NCBI GenBank assembly: GCA_977030845.1
Contig: OZ365111.1
Coordinates: forward strand, 9,052,001-9,116,000
Reading direction: 5' to 3'
Length of the DNA: 64,000 nt
Source of the DNA: Fimbriosthenelais zetlandica
Taxonomy: Eukaryota
Shown here: positions 24,943 to 46,757 of the stretch, piece by piece
Position numbering within the stretch: position 1 is the stretch's first letter
How the letters are laid out: every line of letters begins with the position of its first letter
Program-made: the position numbers and the translations under genes
The notes under the pieces: model-generated
Database searches by the model: none
Told to the model about the DNA's origin: nothing
What the model saw: the letters and a program-made list of their open reading frames with translations, nothing else

Positions 24943-25988
24943 CTAGCTCAGATCCATGGCAATTTGCTCGGCGAGCCAGGGTTGGCCCGAGCGGCGAAGA
25001 GCAGTGCGGAACACTTCGAAAGCCTTAGCGCCACGGAAGGGCAGGATTTGGAGGAGGGTGTCAATCTGCTGTGCACGTGATGGCTGGCTGGTGATAAAGC
25101 GGTACAGATCTCCAGTGAGGACGCTATCCGTGCGCAGATAGGTGAGCAAATCCTTATCAGGAATCATACTGGCGGCGATGTTCTGACGATGGTGCTCCAA
25201 GAAAGCCACATGTTTCTCACTCATTCCTTCTTTATCCACGCCTGAAATGTTAAAGATTTGCGAGTTATAATACTTTACATCCAAATTTTCATAGAACATG
25301 AAGAGAGAGACTGGAAAGCTAATGTTTTTAAAGAAATCACATTCTATTGCAAGAAGATAATTAGTTAAAGATGTCTACCAGTTATATATTGCATTGCAAC
25401 AAATTGCATCAAGTGGTGACAGGAGAGAAAATGGCTATGGAATGATATTTTTTTGTAGGAATTATATTCGTACTAAGGGTCGCTCAAATCGTACCTGTTC
25501 CCTTGAGTAGTTCTGACAGATGACCTTGTCCTGATTTCTGTAAGGCGTCACAGAAACCGTCAGTGATGGCCTCCTCTGTAATGTTGAGGAGGTCCGGCAG
25601 GAGGCGTTCCATGGCATCCCGACGCGTCTTCATGCGACGTACCTTCCAAAAACATAATGTAATACAATGCATTAATCCTTAACATAATGGTAAATAACTT
25701 ACATATTTCAGATTTACAAAATTTTCTAATACGAAAATTTTTTTTTTTACATAATACATTCTAATACGAAATAACATTCTTAACATATTATATTATTACA
25801 TTTATTTGTAACTTAAAATTCTAATGCCAAATTATATCTTTGAAATTAAAATCCTTAACCCTTACCCGGTCAACAAGAACTTGATCGATGAGGCCTTTGA
25901 CGAAAAGATGTGAGAGAAGGACGTTGTTAGGGTCGAGGTGATCAGCTATTATCGCTTTGTAGCGGCCTAGTGGACGCTCATCACTGAT
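24943..25988 (-). other. Two tandem CARD domains
   Basis: CARD1: LGRYKAIIADHLDPNNVLLSHLFVKGLIDQVLVDRVRRMKTRRDAMERLLPDLLN...FCDALQKSGQGHLSELL. CARD2: MSEKHVAFLEHHRQNIAASMIPDKDLLTYLRTDSVLT...ITSQPSRAQQIDTLLQILPFRGAKAFEVFRTALRRSGQPWLAEQI. Both fit the CARD pattern, including the RGxxAFxxFxxAL...Q.WLAE signature in CARD2. Confidence 0.8.
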
Positions 25989-28900
25989 CTGTAAAATATT
26001 TGGGACAAAAGATTGACAAATTTTACCATGTTAAAAATACCTATAAATTATATAAAATATATCATACATACATGTATATTCATCCTATTTATCTTCATGA
26101 ATAATATGAAAATAATATTGGAAATATATCCATTAAAACTTTACTTTTTCCTTCGAGTCACATTTCTCAATGCTGTGACTGTTGGACTCTTTCCCCACTG
26201 GGCTGACATCCTTCTCTTCTCGGCCGTCTTCTCTCTTCCCATTGGTGATAACATTATTTCCTGTGCTTGTTTTAGGACTGGGATTATTATTGAGATTTCC
26301 CGGTTTACCATGGCTCTCCATTTTCTTCTGTTTTCCCTCAGAAGGTCGACTAGAGCCACGGTAATTGTTGTTGTTATATCTTGCATTATGATCACGGTTG
26401 TAGTAGGGACCTCTATAAGGATAATGTGGACCATATCGACCATTGTAATTCCTTGAATGATTTTGAGTTCGAGACCCTACATGATGTTCACGAGTATAGG
26501 TTTTATCCATCCCTTGATCAACTCTCTTGTTTATTTTACCTCCATCAGGAGGACCTTTAACACTCTCCTCATTATTATTTAGTTGATCCTTGGTTGGCGA
26601 CTCTTCCTGACTTCGACCAGATTCTGGTTTATCCGTTTTTTCGCTAGTCTCTTTCCTCGGTTCAATTTTCTCAGGTACTGTAGGAGTTTCGTCAGTTTTT
26701 TGGTTTAGACTAGCTTGTTTAGCCAGGCGCCTGCATATATCATCGAGAACTTCTGTGCCCATGTATTTACTGGCTTCACTCTTGGTTGGTTCTTTATCAC
26801 CAGAGTTACACCTTTGTCTCATTTTGCCATCATTATTGTAATGATGATGGTTTGTTTGTCGGTGATTCTGCCCCTGACCGTTACCAGACTTGGACCTGTT
26901 GTTGTGATGGCCGCCGCGGTGTCTCTCTGGATTCCCCCTGCCGTAGTTTTGTTTCGAGAAAGACTGATGTCTTCCCTGATTGAGTTTATTGAATGCAACC
27001 TGAGTACGGATGTGATTCTGGTAAGTCCCAGTTGAAGTGAAGCCACTGAAATGTTGTCTCTTTGCCTGGGTGTTTCTATACCCAGTATTGACACCTGAGT
27101 AATTGGCAAAGTCCTTAGAGTTCATATTCCCATTGGAATAGGTGGCAGGGCCTTGGTGTTGGCCGGAATAGGTTCTGTTCGATGCCCCCAGGCCAAATGT
27201 ATTTTGATATTGGTTGTAGGGCCCGTTGGGGAAATGTCCCATGTTCACAAAATTGGCGGCCTGGGTGAGAGGGGCCTGCTGGTGGTGGTGATGGTGGTGG
27301 TGCAGGGTTTGCATCTGTTGTTGGTGTTGATGGTGGTGATGTTGGGTGTTGGGAGCATTGTTGTTGAGATTGCCAGTGGCGGTGTGGTGGTACTGCTGCT
27401 GGGAGTAGGGCATGACGCCTGGATCTAAACCATGCTGATGATGGTGATGGACCGACTGGTATCCTCCCAGTGTTCGCGTCTCCTGAGGTGCTGGTGGTGG
27501 AGGAGGTGGGGGTGGGGGTGGGGGTGGACCCTGAGGTCCGGTCATCCCATACTGACCCACCGTCTCCGCCTTGATAATCTCCTGGACAACATAAGTTGGC
27601 ATCACCTGATTGTTCCTCATATTCCCATTGTTGGGTGCGTAGTTACTTTGGCTGTAGTGGTTGTGACTGTGGTTGGCTCGACCAAAGCCCGAGGATCCTG
27701 GTGATTTGTGGTTTAACCCTGTGGATGATATGGACGAGCTGAAGTGGTTGTTCCTGGGGAAGTCACTGGGTCCTTGATTATGGGTGACTGGGAAGTTTTG
27801 GAGCCCGGACTGGACCGAGCCTGGGTTGACTCCATTGCTCATATGCCTGACATGGTTGCTGGTCATGTAGATATCATTAGGTCCATCGTGATTCATATCA
27901 CTCTCATGATTTGCATGGTGGGCATAGTTAATGTTAAAATTCCCTTGCATTGCTCCTGATGTCATGTTCATGTTAGGACCTCCGTTCATATCATTCAGGG
28001 CCATACCACCACCACTGCCACCGTTTGCACCCCCTCCAGACCCATAACCATGCATGGATGTGAACTCCCCCTGGTTCATATAGTCCTTGTTGTTCCTCTG
28101 TTTACTATCCATCCCATTCATGGTCATGTGCATGTTGACATGATCAGGCCTAGTGTCCACCGTGTTATACAGGCCTTGACTGGGGTAGGTCGGAGTGGTT
28201 GTGAACACATTGGAGGAGGCCGAGTTGAGGGTGGCTTCAGTGAAGTTGGCGGCGGCAGATACTGTGAGACCAGTATCATTAGATGCCACCATTGAGCTGA
28301 CATTATGCGCCGGGTTGATATAGTTGGTGTTTGTGGTTACGTGACTGTAGGACATGATTTGATGGAAATCTGCCTGGCTGACATCACTAGATGGGGCACT
28401 TGTGACAGAGGTGTGGTTGTCCAGGTGGACTGGGTCGTCATCTTCATCATGGTGAGCCTGAATATCAGTGGGGTCCCATTCCAGGTCTGCCTTGGTGGAC
28501 TGTGGACGGCTTGGGCGAGCATCATCATGTAAATCTATAGACTGAAAAAGAAATGTTTAAATTAGCTCTAGAATTAAAAAAAAATACACACATAATGTAA
28601 GCCTACATGTATACACATATTATTTATGATCGGTACCGTATATTGGAATATTTATTAATTTATTGTTTATTGATGGTCATTTACGAACAGTCTAAAGTTG
28701 AATACAAAAATAATATTATATTGCAGGTAACTATTGAAATATTGAAGGTAGCTAGACTATCGCAAACTTATATCTTAGTTAATGAGTGGAATGTGGGTGC
28801 ATGTACATACATTAGGGTGCATTGATCCGTTCTCTTGTCTTGGATTCCCACTCAACATTCTCAGGCTCTCTGCGGTCCCAGCTGACGAGCTCCCTGTATT

Positions 28901-30420
28901 AGGCAGGGCCATGACAGCGGCAGTAGAGACACCCTCCCGGCTCGAGCAGTACTTCCATAGGGGTGTGTTATTCATGGTGACTCGGCTCACCATGCCGTAC
29001 CCCTCCAGTCTCAGCAGGGTTGGGTTGATGTCCTTGGCTGATTGGTAACCCAGAGTCTTGGCCAGGATGCCAGCACGGAGAGGCTTGTCCTCCTCCTTCA
29101 ACATTCCAAGCAGCTTTTCAATATGCTGCTGGGATAAAACCTTCTTCTTCTGAAAAATGAATGAAATAAATGATTTAAGACCGAGATTAATTTTTTAAAT
29201 ACCAATATTGCTATTCTACTGATTTTGGTATAGGATTTCAATTTCAGATTACATGTATACATGTCATTTGGCCAGGCAATATCAGATATTTTCAATCATT
29301 GTAACCCCACAAATTCTTCAGTAGGCCTACTAGAAATGAGCTGATTGATCTTATAATGAGACTGAAGATGAATCATCTTGCTCTGTCAGAACTTGATCCA
29401 GATTTCCTCATCATCATCGTTGACTCAATTTATAGGCCACAGACAGACAAATTATTCACAAGCCAGGAAATAAAACTGAAGGGAATCGGTTAGTTTTACA
29501 ACAGGGGCAAATTGGCAGTTTGAAATGTCAGTGGATCATTCAATAGGCCAACAGACTTTCACCTTTCACGAGAACTGGGTTTTATTTATGTGGATCATTC
29601 CAGATTAAAACCAAATGTTGCCAAAGTTCTGTGGTTTAGACCTAAATAGTAGTCTATGGATCTACAGGTATAGGCCAAGCAGAATATCGATATTTCAGAA
29701 GGCTAAGCTGTCTTGATGTCAGCTCTGGATTTGTCCGTGTTAATTGGGTGATGGGCTAGTATATAGCATCATTGAATACCCTCACTACATCCATTCCCAG
29801 TATTGACCCAGAATATAGCCCATACTGATCAATAGCCAATTCAAGTGCAGTGTGTGCAGGTCGGTCGGCCTTGGCAGGGTAGAGGGGCGGGCGGTGTGTA
29901 GGCCAGGGTGCGGCTGGCACATATTGGAGGCCATACTCGTCAGTTCTCACGAGAAAAATACCTCAAAAATACACATGTCAATGTCACAATGGACCCCAAC
30001 CATAATCTTCATTTTCGTTTCTTGATTATATCAATGTGATTAGACTGTCAGAGCACGTGTAATCTTTGTCAGATGGGTGCTTTGCAAAAGTATGTGTCCT
30101 GACAGCCCTCAGTGCCGCATGGAACAATGCAAAAATCGTGAGCTGTCAATGCAACTCGCCAACTGTCAAAAAATATACAAGGCACCATCGTCACGGCACG
30201 CATGCCCTCGTCAAAATACCACCAAGACGGCTTTATTAGGTGCAATTCGATTTAATATAAACTAAAAGTAAGGGTGAATTTATCATTCTTGTTGACATTA
30301 AATGCATACAAATATATGAGTCATCAAAATGTGATCTACATTTTGTGGCCATGTCTCCGGCTTTCGATCGTGCTCGCATGTGGTGTGTCTTACCTTCTTT
30401 CCTTGTTGTGACGCGGCCAT
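24943..30420 (-). CDS. Z-alpha/Z-beta-like domain + prion-like disordered region + tandem CARD protein (~1110 aa), 6 coding exons: 30394-30420, 28811-29149, 26145-28541, 25866-25988, 25495-25642, 24943-25241
   Basis: All five introns have AG acceptors and GT donors, and phases are consistent (0,0,0,0,1), giving 3333 nt with no internal stop. Exon 2 encodes a Z-alpha-family winged helix, exon 3 an N/H/Q/G-rich region, and exons 4-6 two CARD-like death folds. Confidence 0.85.
28950..29140 (-). other. Z-alpha-family (Z-DNA/Z-RNA-binding type) winged-helix domain
   Basis: IEKLLGMLKEEDKPLRAGILAKTLGYQSAKDINPTLLRLEGYGMVSRVTMNNTPLWKY aligns by eye with ADAR1 Z-beta ([24 protein letters not shown]...PPIW) and ZBP1 Z-alpha2 (AQALGMRTAKDVNRDLY). 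The Asn and the wing Pro-x-Trp are conserved. Confidence 0.8.
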
Positions 30421-30575
30421 ATTTGCACACTTTTTACAGAGATAGGTGTAAAATCTTGGTATATACTAAGTCCTAAGCTAGTGCAGTATAAATATTGGGT
30501 ACATATCGGCGTTAAACAAAGCCAATACACAATAGTTCCTAGCACGCCATAGTCCACCAGGCGGAATCCACAACT

Positions 30576-30627
30576 GGGGAATGCCCTCTGACGTCATCAT
30601 CTCATAACGAGGCTATAGGGAATCCCC
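30576..30627. promoter_or_regulatory. kB-kB-CRE motif cluster upstream of the Z-alpha/CARD gene
   Basis: GGGGAATGCCC (30576-30586), palindromic TGACGTCA (30589-30596) and GGGAATCCCC (30618-30627), 156-207 bp upstream of the ATG at 30420. Confidence 0.6.
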
Positions 30628-31352
30628 CCATTTGTTTTGATTTCATGTGATGACAAAACAACATATTAAAAACTTTTTTTTACCACATAGATGCGGAGAT
30701 ATATTGAATAAGAATGGCAATGTTGGGCTTTGATGAAAATCCTTTAGAATCGGAGAAGGATGACAAGGTGGCTTTTGTCCGCGTAATTGGAGCAGGAATA
30801 GTGCCCGGGCAAGGCGAGTGGGCGTGGCACCAGGTTGTTGAATGTGAATAATGTAGGAATAATTTCTCTTATCAAAGCGTTCCTACACTACGCTTTTCTT
30901 TCGTTCAATTGCATAAAAATATAAATGACACACATAAATGTCAAATCTTTATTAGAAAAGACAAATTCACTCGTCATTAGAAGTGACAGGGTATCGGCAC
31001 GATTTTGGCACGTTAGTACGCTTTTTTTTCCATTAATTTAATATTTCGTATCATATATCATAGAACAAATTCTTTATCTGAAGATAAAATATATATCACA
31101 TATGTGCACGTGTATATCCATACAATCAGTGTTTTAAATTTAAAATGTCAAGTCATGTTTTATTAGGAATAGATTAACAAAGCACAAAGCTTTATCATTG
31201 CCAATAAATTATATCACAGATAATAATCTTCCAAGTGAATCATAGGACTCTTGAAAGTTGTATCTATTGACAAGGCCATGTCAATACATACATACTTAAG
31301 TTAGCAGCTGGTTAGTTACTAAAATATCAATAAATAAGTTCGGTAATCAAGT

Positions 31353-42211
<10,859 letters not shown>

Positions 42212-42699
42212 GTTGCTTTCCGACACACCGCAAATTAACCAATCTCTACCTGGAATATAAAAAGGCATAGACTCTAGAGTTTAGTCTAATGCTCAGACAG
42301 TACTAGTAGATCTAGTAGTAGTCAGGTAGGCCTACCGTACGTTACTACGTAGGCCTAGCCCTAGCCAATATTCCACTCAAGTCTATCGAATTCATTTATC
42401 CTACTCAGTAAAGTTTAATTTAGGTCAGGCACGAACTGACTATCCCTGGCTCTGCAAGACAAGTCACAAGTCATGCAAAGACCCGCCCCATTCCAACCCA
42501 GGCCAAGTCAAGAGTAAGACTAAGACTGGCCAACAAATAACGTTATTAATCAAATGAAAATGCATGAACTTGAAGTCATGAGGAAATTTGAGGAACTAGT
42601 CCTCATATATTAGAAGATAAATACCTGTTCATAAGATGACAAGGCGGCGAAGAGTCAAGAAAGTTGTTTTATTACTTTGCTGGCGTAAACCTTGAGCAG

Positions 42700-42830
42700 A
42701 AATAGGAGAAAGCTTGGTCTGTTGTTAGGGGTTGCTAAGTGGTGAGTGCGCAGGCGCACTGAGGTCAGTCGGCGGATTCTACTTCCGGGTCATTGAGCGT
42801 GACAGCCACAACATATGGTATGGCGGACAT
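42700..42830. promoter_or_regulatory. Probable bidirectional promoter EFCAB5/SSH
   Basis: NRF1-type TGCGCAGGCGCA (42747-42758), ETS-type ACTTCCGG (42781-42788), YY1-like ATGGCGG (~42821) and RFX half-site GTTGCTA (42731), lying between the divergent genes. Confidence 0.7.
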
Positions 42831-42936
42831 GGGAGGCCATTCGAAACATATCTAATCCAATTTGTGCCTTTCTTGACTGCCAGCATGGATATAAGTTAGA
42901 CCAGATGACCAAGTGAGGGGAGGAAAGGGCCTCCAG

Positions 42937-45900
42937 ATGGCTTTAGTAACGGTACAACGATCTCCAAGTCCCAGCAACAGCCCAGAATCAACGAGTTCGG
43001 TGAGTGTTTTGATCAGGATTTTTGTCTCCTAGTCTGACCGAGTCGGCGGGCTTCTCCAAATCAACCACCTGCCATGAAAAAACAGTGAATCATGTCATTC
43101 CTTGTCATTCAAGCAGTTCTGAGTATAATAAGGGCAATTATCGATGTCCTTGCAACATCATAAAGTATCAATTAATGGTTCTATCATTGGTATTTTGACA
43201 TCTATTGATGCTCAATCGTAATGCTGCTCCACCCAACTCTCCCCTGAACAAGCTTGACGGCTTCCATCCTCTCACCTCTGCCTCGGCCCTGGGTCTGGCC
43301 AGGGCCTCTAGTTACCCAGCCTTCTTCTCACTTCTGGTGCAGTTAGTTAACACTGGTTAAGTTTTGATTTTTAAATCTCCCAGTTTCATGATCTATGTGA
43401 ATTTTCAAGATCGTTTGAGAGTGAGTGACAGAGACATTGTCTATAAAACGTGATTAATCATTAGATTGTCAATAATGTCATTGACTCAAAGTCTCAATTC
43501 AAAAGAGTCAAAATAGTAATTGGCTTATTACCAATCAGTGTAGCCACTAGACTAAATATTAGATCTATAATTGATTAATTATCTACCGTAGGGCTCTAGT
43601 ATTATTGTCTAAGTAATGAGTTTTTATACTGTGTCTGTAGGCAATTATATCAGCAAGTAAATACTAAACTTAAAAAAGTCAAGAAATATCGGGCCTAATA
43701 TAAATTAGGAGGTTGCCTTTGCCAAGCCTTTGGCTTTGTTTATAGGTCTTGGTACCGGTATATAATTCTCCTCTGCATCATTCACAACATTTGCCCACTT
43801 TTATTGGCCTATTGATGTTATCTGTTGCCTTTGTCGTTTTGGTCTGCATGCAGTCGTTCTGCTGGTGCACACCCACTGCAATGGCAGATCTCAGACTCAG
43901 AGGTGTTTGATATGTCTGCTGCACCCAACACATAGGCTAATAATTACCAGGTATATTATAAGTCAGACCAGGCCTAGAAACTGTATACGATAACACCTTA
44001 TCATGCTGTACATTAGGGCTATATATTTTGGCTTGCACATTTTCACTTTCTCATTTTACTAAGGAATTACAAATATTCTGGCATAAATTATATTATATAC
44101 CGTACGGTACTGTAGCCTTTTCATTTAATGGTAGGGTCTTCCTATTTAATTGGAAGGTCCGACCTTTAATAGGCAACTGTATTATAATAGACAAAGGAGT
44201 ACCATCTTTATAATGTATATTTCTAGGCCTACCCCTAATAGGCAGCTGGCTGAACATATATATTCTGCTTGTTAGTTGTCTTAAGCTTGTCTGCTTACTT
44301 GTATGGTTGCCAATATTTGGCACACCCAGTCTAGCTGGACATTTCTTGGTTAGACTTAGGGAAATAGAGAGACCCAGAAACATACTTATACAGCATAAAG
44401 AGTGACATGCACCCTGTGGTAGAAGGACGACCCTGGCCCTCACACCCTCTCACATATCTCCTCACCTGGGAGAGCAAATATAATCCTAATGTGGCCATAG
44501 AAAAACTGAATTTTCCTCTAGTGTATTCCAACTTATATAAGTACTGCAGGGTCTGACTAATTTGTTGGCAAATTTTCAATATAATAATAATATTGATGTA
44601 CGGTAGGCTACAACGTAAGGCCCAGGGATAATATAACAGCTTTAGGTTTTTCTTTATAGCGGAATTTTACTTAATTACACTTTTAAAGTACAAAATAAAA
44701 GAAACCAAATTCAGGACGTTTGTATTGAAGTTGTGATTTGGCAATTAAACCAAGAGAAACTTCCTGCTCTTTATCTGATAGTGCACCACTGGTTATCATT
44801 ATAACACAGATAAGATCCACATCTCTGGGATTTCAAGTAGATTTTTCATTTTTAATATGTTCTAAAATTGTTCTGTTCTGAGGAAACGATGAAGAAAAAA
44901 AAGATCGTTATATTAAAAGTGCCAGGAAAAATAGTCTGGAGATGATGGATTTCTATCGGTAGTCTAGTGGTTTGAATTTATCTGAAGTATGAGATAAGAG
45001 ACAGGTGTGAAAAGATAAAGCCCCTGACATATCACGACATGAGACAGTTCCTATGGTAGAGATCACTGTCTTATCTACTCCCATGTCAATATTAATTTCT
45101 TTTCCATTTCGTCTATCACAGCTCCTCCCTCTTTGTCTTTCAATCAAATTGGCATTAATTTTACTGACAGTAAGTAATAGATTACTTTAGCAAATATAAT
45201 GGATGCAAACTTGAGGTCCTACTCTTTGAAGTTCAAAACATTTTCAAGGCATATGATAGCTGGAAATATGTTGTAAGAATATTCCATTAAATTTTGTGAG
45301 TTAATTAAGGATATTATCGGTACAGAAACTGAGAAAGAAAGAACGAAACTACCGGTATATATCTACCATGTAGATATGTTTTTATGATTTTAAATTCATT
45401 ATTTTGGCATAAAACATGTCCATTGAAACATCATGAACATCTGCCACACTCCCGCACTGCCAGATTATGCCGGTCCCAAAATGTGCATTCCACCATTATC
45501 CTAACTCCTGGTCAGGACTTCAACTTCAGTATTGTTTATATAAGGTCTAATATATAGTCCAATATGTACTCATATTTTATCTGTTGAGAGGGCATCATCC
45601 TCTTTGTCTGAAATTTTTATCATTAAAACATTTTGATAAATAACGTTAAGGTGTAGCAAAATAGAAACTGGTTCAGTCATAGGTCAAGTTTGCATCCATT
45701 AGATTTACTCCTGATAGGAAATGATCCTATTCCTGGATATGGTTGAAACATAGAACTATGGTTGAAAGAAGGAGCAAAGATCCCTAATCTAGATGTCAGT
45801 GCATACATCTTTACGTTTAGATTTGAATGGTTTTCACGGGTATAATGACATCTATTATCTCTACATTTATTGGATCAATCTGTCCTGGATTCATCCTAGT

Positions 45901-46757
45901 AGACTCGTCACGACTCCAGTCTTTAATCTCTTTAATACAGTTTTTAACCTTTGCTTGTTTTCCGTATTAGTTACAACCCTATGTGTGAGGCCAGTGCAAA
46001 GTTTAACAAATTCACTGAGCTTTAAATATCGGTGGGGTTGGGGGGCGGGGACACTCCCCCCTCCCCCCTGTCACGTTAGATATTCATAGATCTATACACC
46101 TGGTCTGTAAAATAAACCCACTCCCTGAACCTATCCGCCCCCCCCCTCCCTATCCCCCTTCCCTGGAGCCCCGCCCCTTAAACTTTACACACAATACACA
46201 TACAGAGTGTGGATGCAATACACAAAGGATATGAGGAGAGTCAAACAGAGAGGCACATGTATAAAGGGTGGGACACTCCCCAGCTTTTTTGAAAGTGGAA
46301 ATTAAAAAAAAATATCCCCTGGCCTGTGGTCCATCTTTCGTATCTAAGCCTTGGTTTGATTGAGTCGGTCCATGTGGCTCTAGTTGGTGATGATTCATAG
46401 CATGGCCCATATATCAGATCACTTTGATCTCTTACTATCTCAATCACGGTTGACTTAATGCCACTAGTTTTAGGATCTTATTCATACCAAAAGGTGGCTA
46501 AGATCATAAATTTTACATTAAGCTTTAATAAATCAGTCTAATGTATCTGTATGTAAATAGCAGAAATTAATCACCAATTTAGGACTCAATTGTTATGTAT
46601 ATTCACATAGATCAATTCTATTATCAAAAATATTTTCCATGAGATTTGTAATAATTTCCTAAATTATTAATTTTATTTTTTTCCAGGATGTAGCAGATGG
46701 GCTTTTTAGCCCCGCTGACAACAATAGCAGTCTCAAGTCACCTCTTCGTGCCAGGAG
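42937..46757 (+). CDS. SSH: Slingshot protein phosphatase, first two coding exons only (42937-42999, 46687-46757); the remainder apparently lies beyond the window
   Basis: Exon 1 encodes MALVTVQRSPSPSNSPESTSS, the conserved Slingshot N-terminus. Exon 2 (DVADGLFSPADNNSSLKSPLRAR) ends phase 2. I could not find the expected next exon (SE.F..KGAAL motif) before position 64000. Confidence 0.85.

Noticed and set aside
26013-28532. Many + strand and alternative-frame ORFs overlapping the long exon
   Set aside because: They are shadows of a low-complexity coding exon with few antisense stops, and they give V/M/G-rich nonsense with no splice context.
29756-29950. Pro-rich ORFs in intron 1 of the Z-alpha-CARD gene
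   Set aside because: Not needed to keep frame between exon 1 and exon 2, and no clear splice sites. It may be an alternative UTR exon but that is unsupported.
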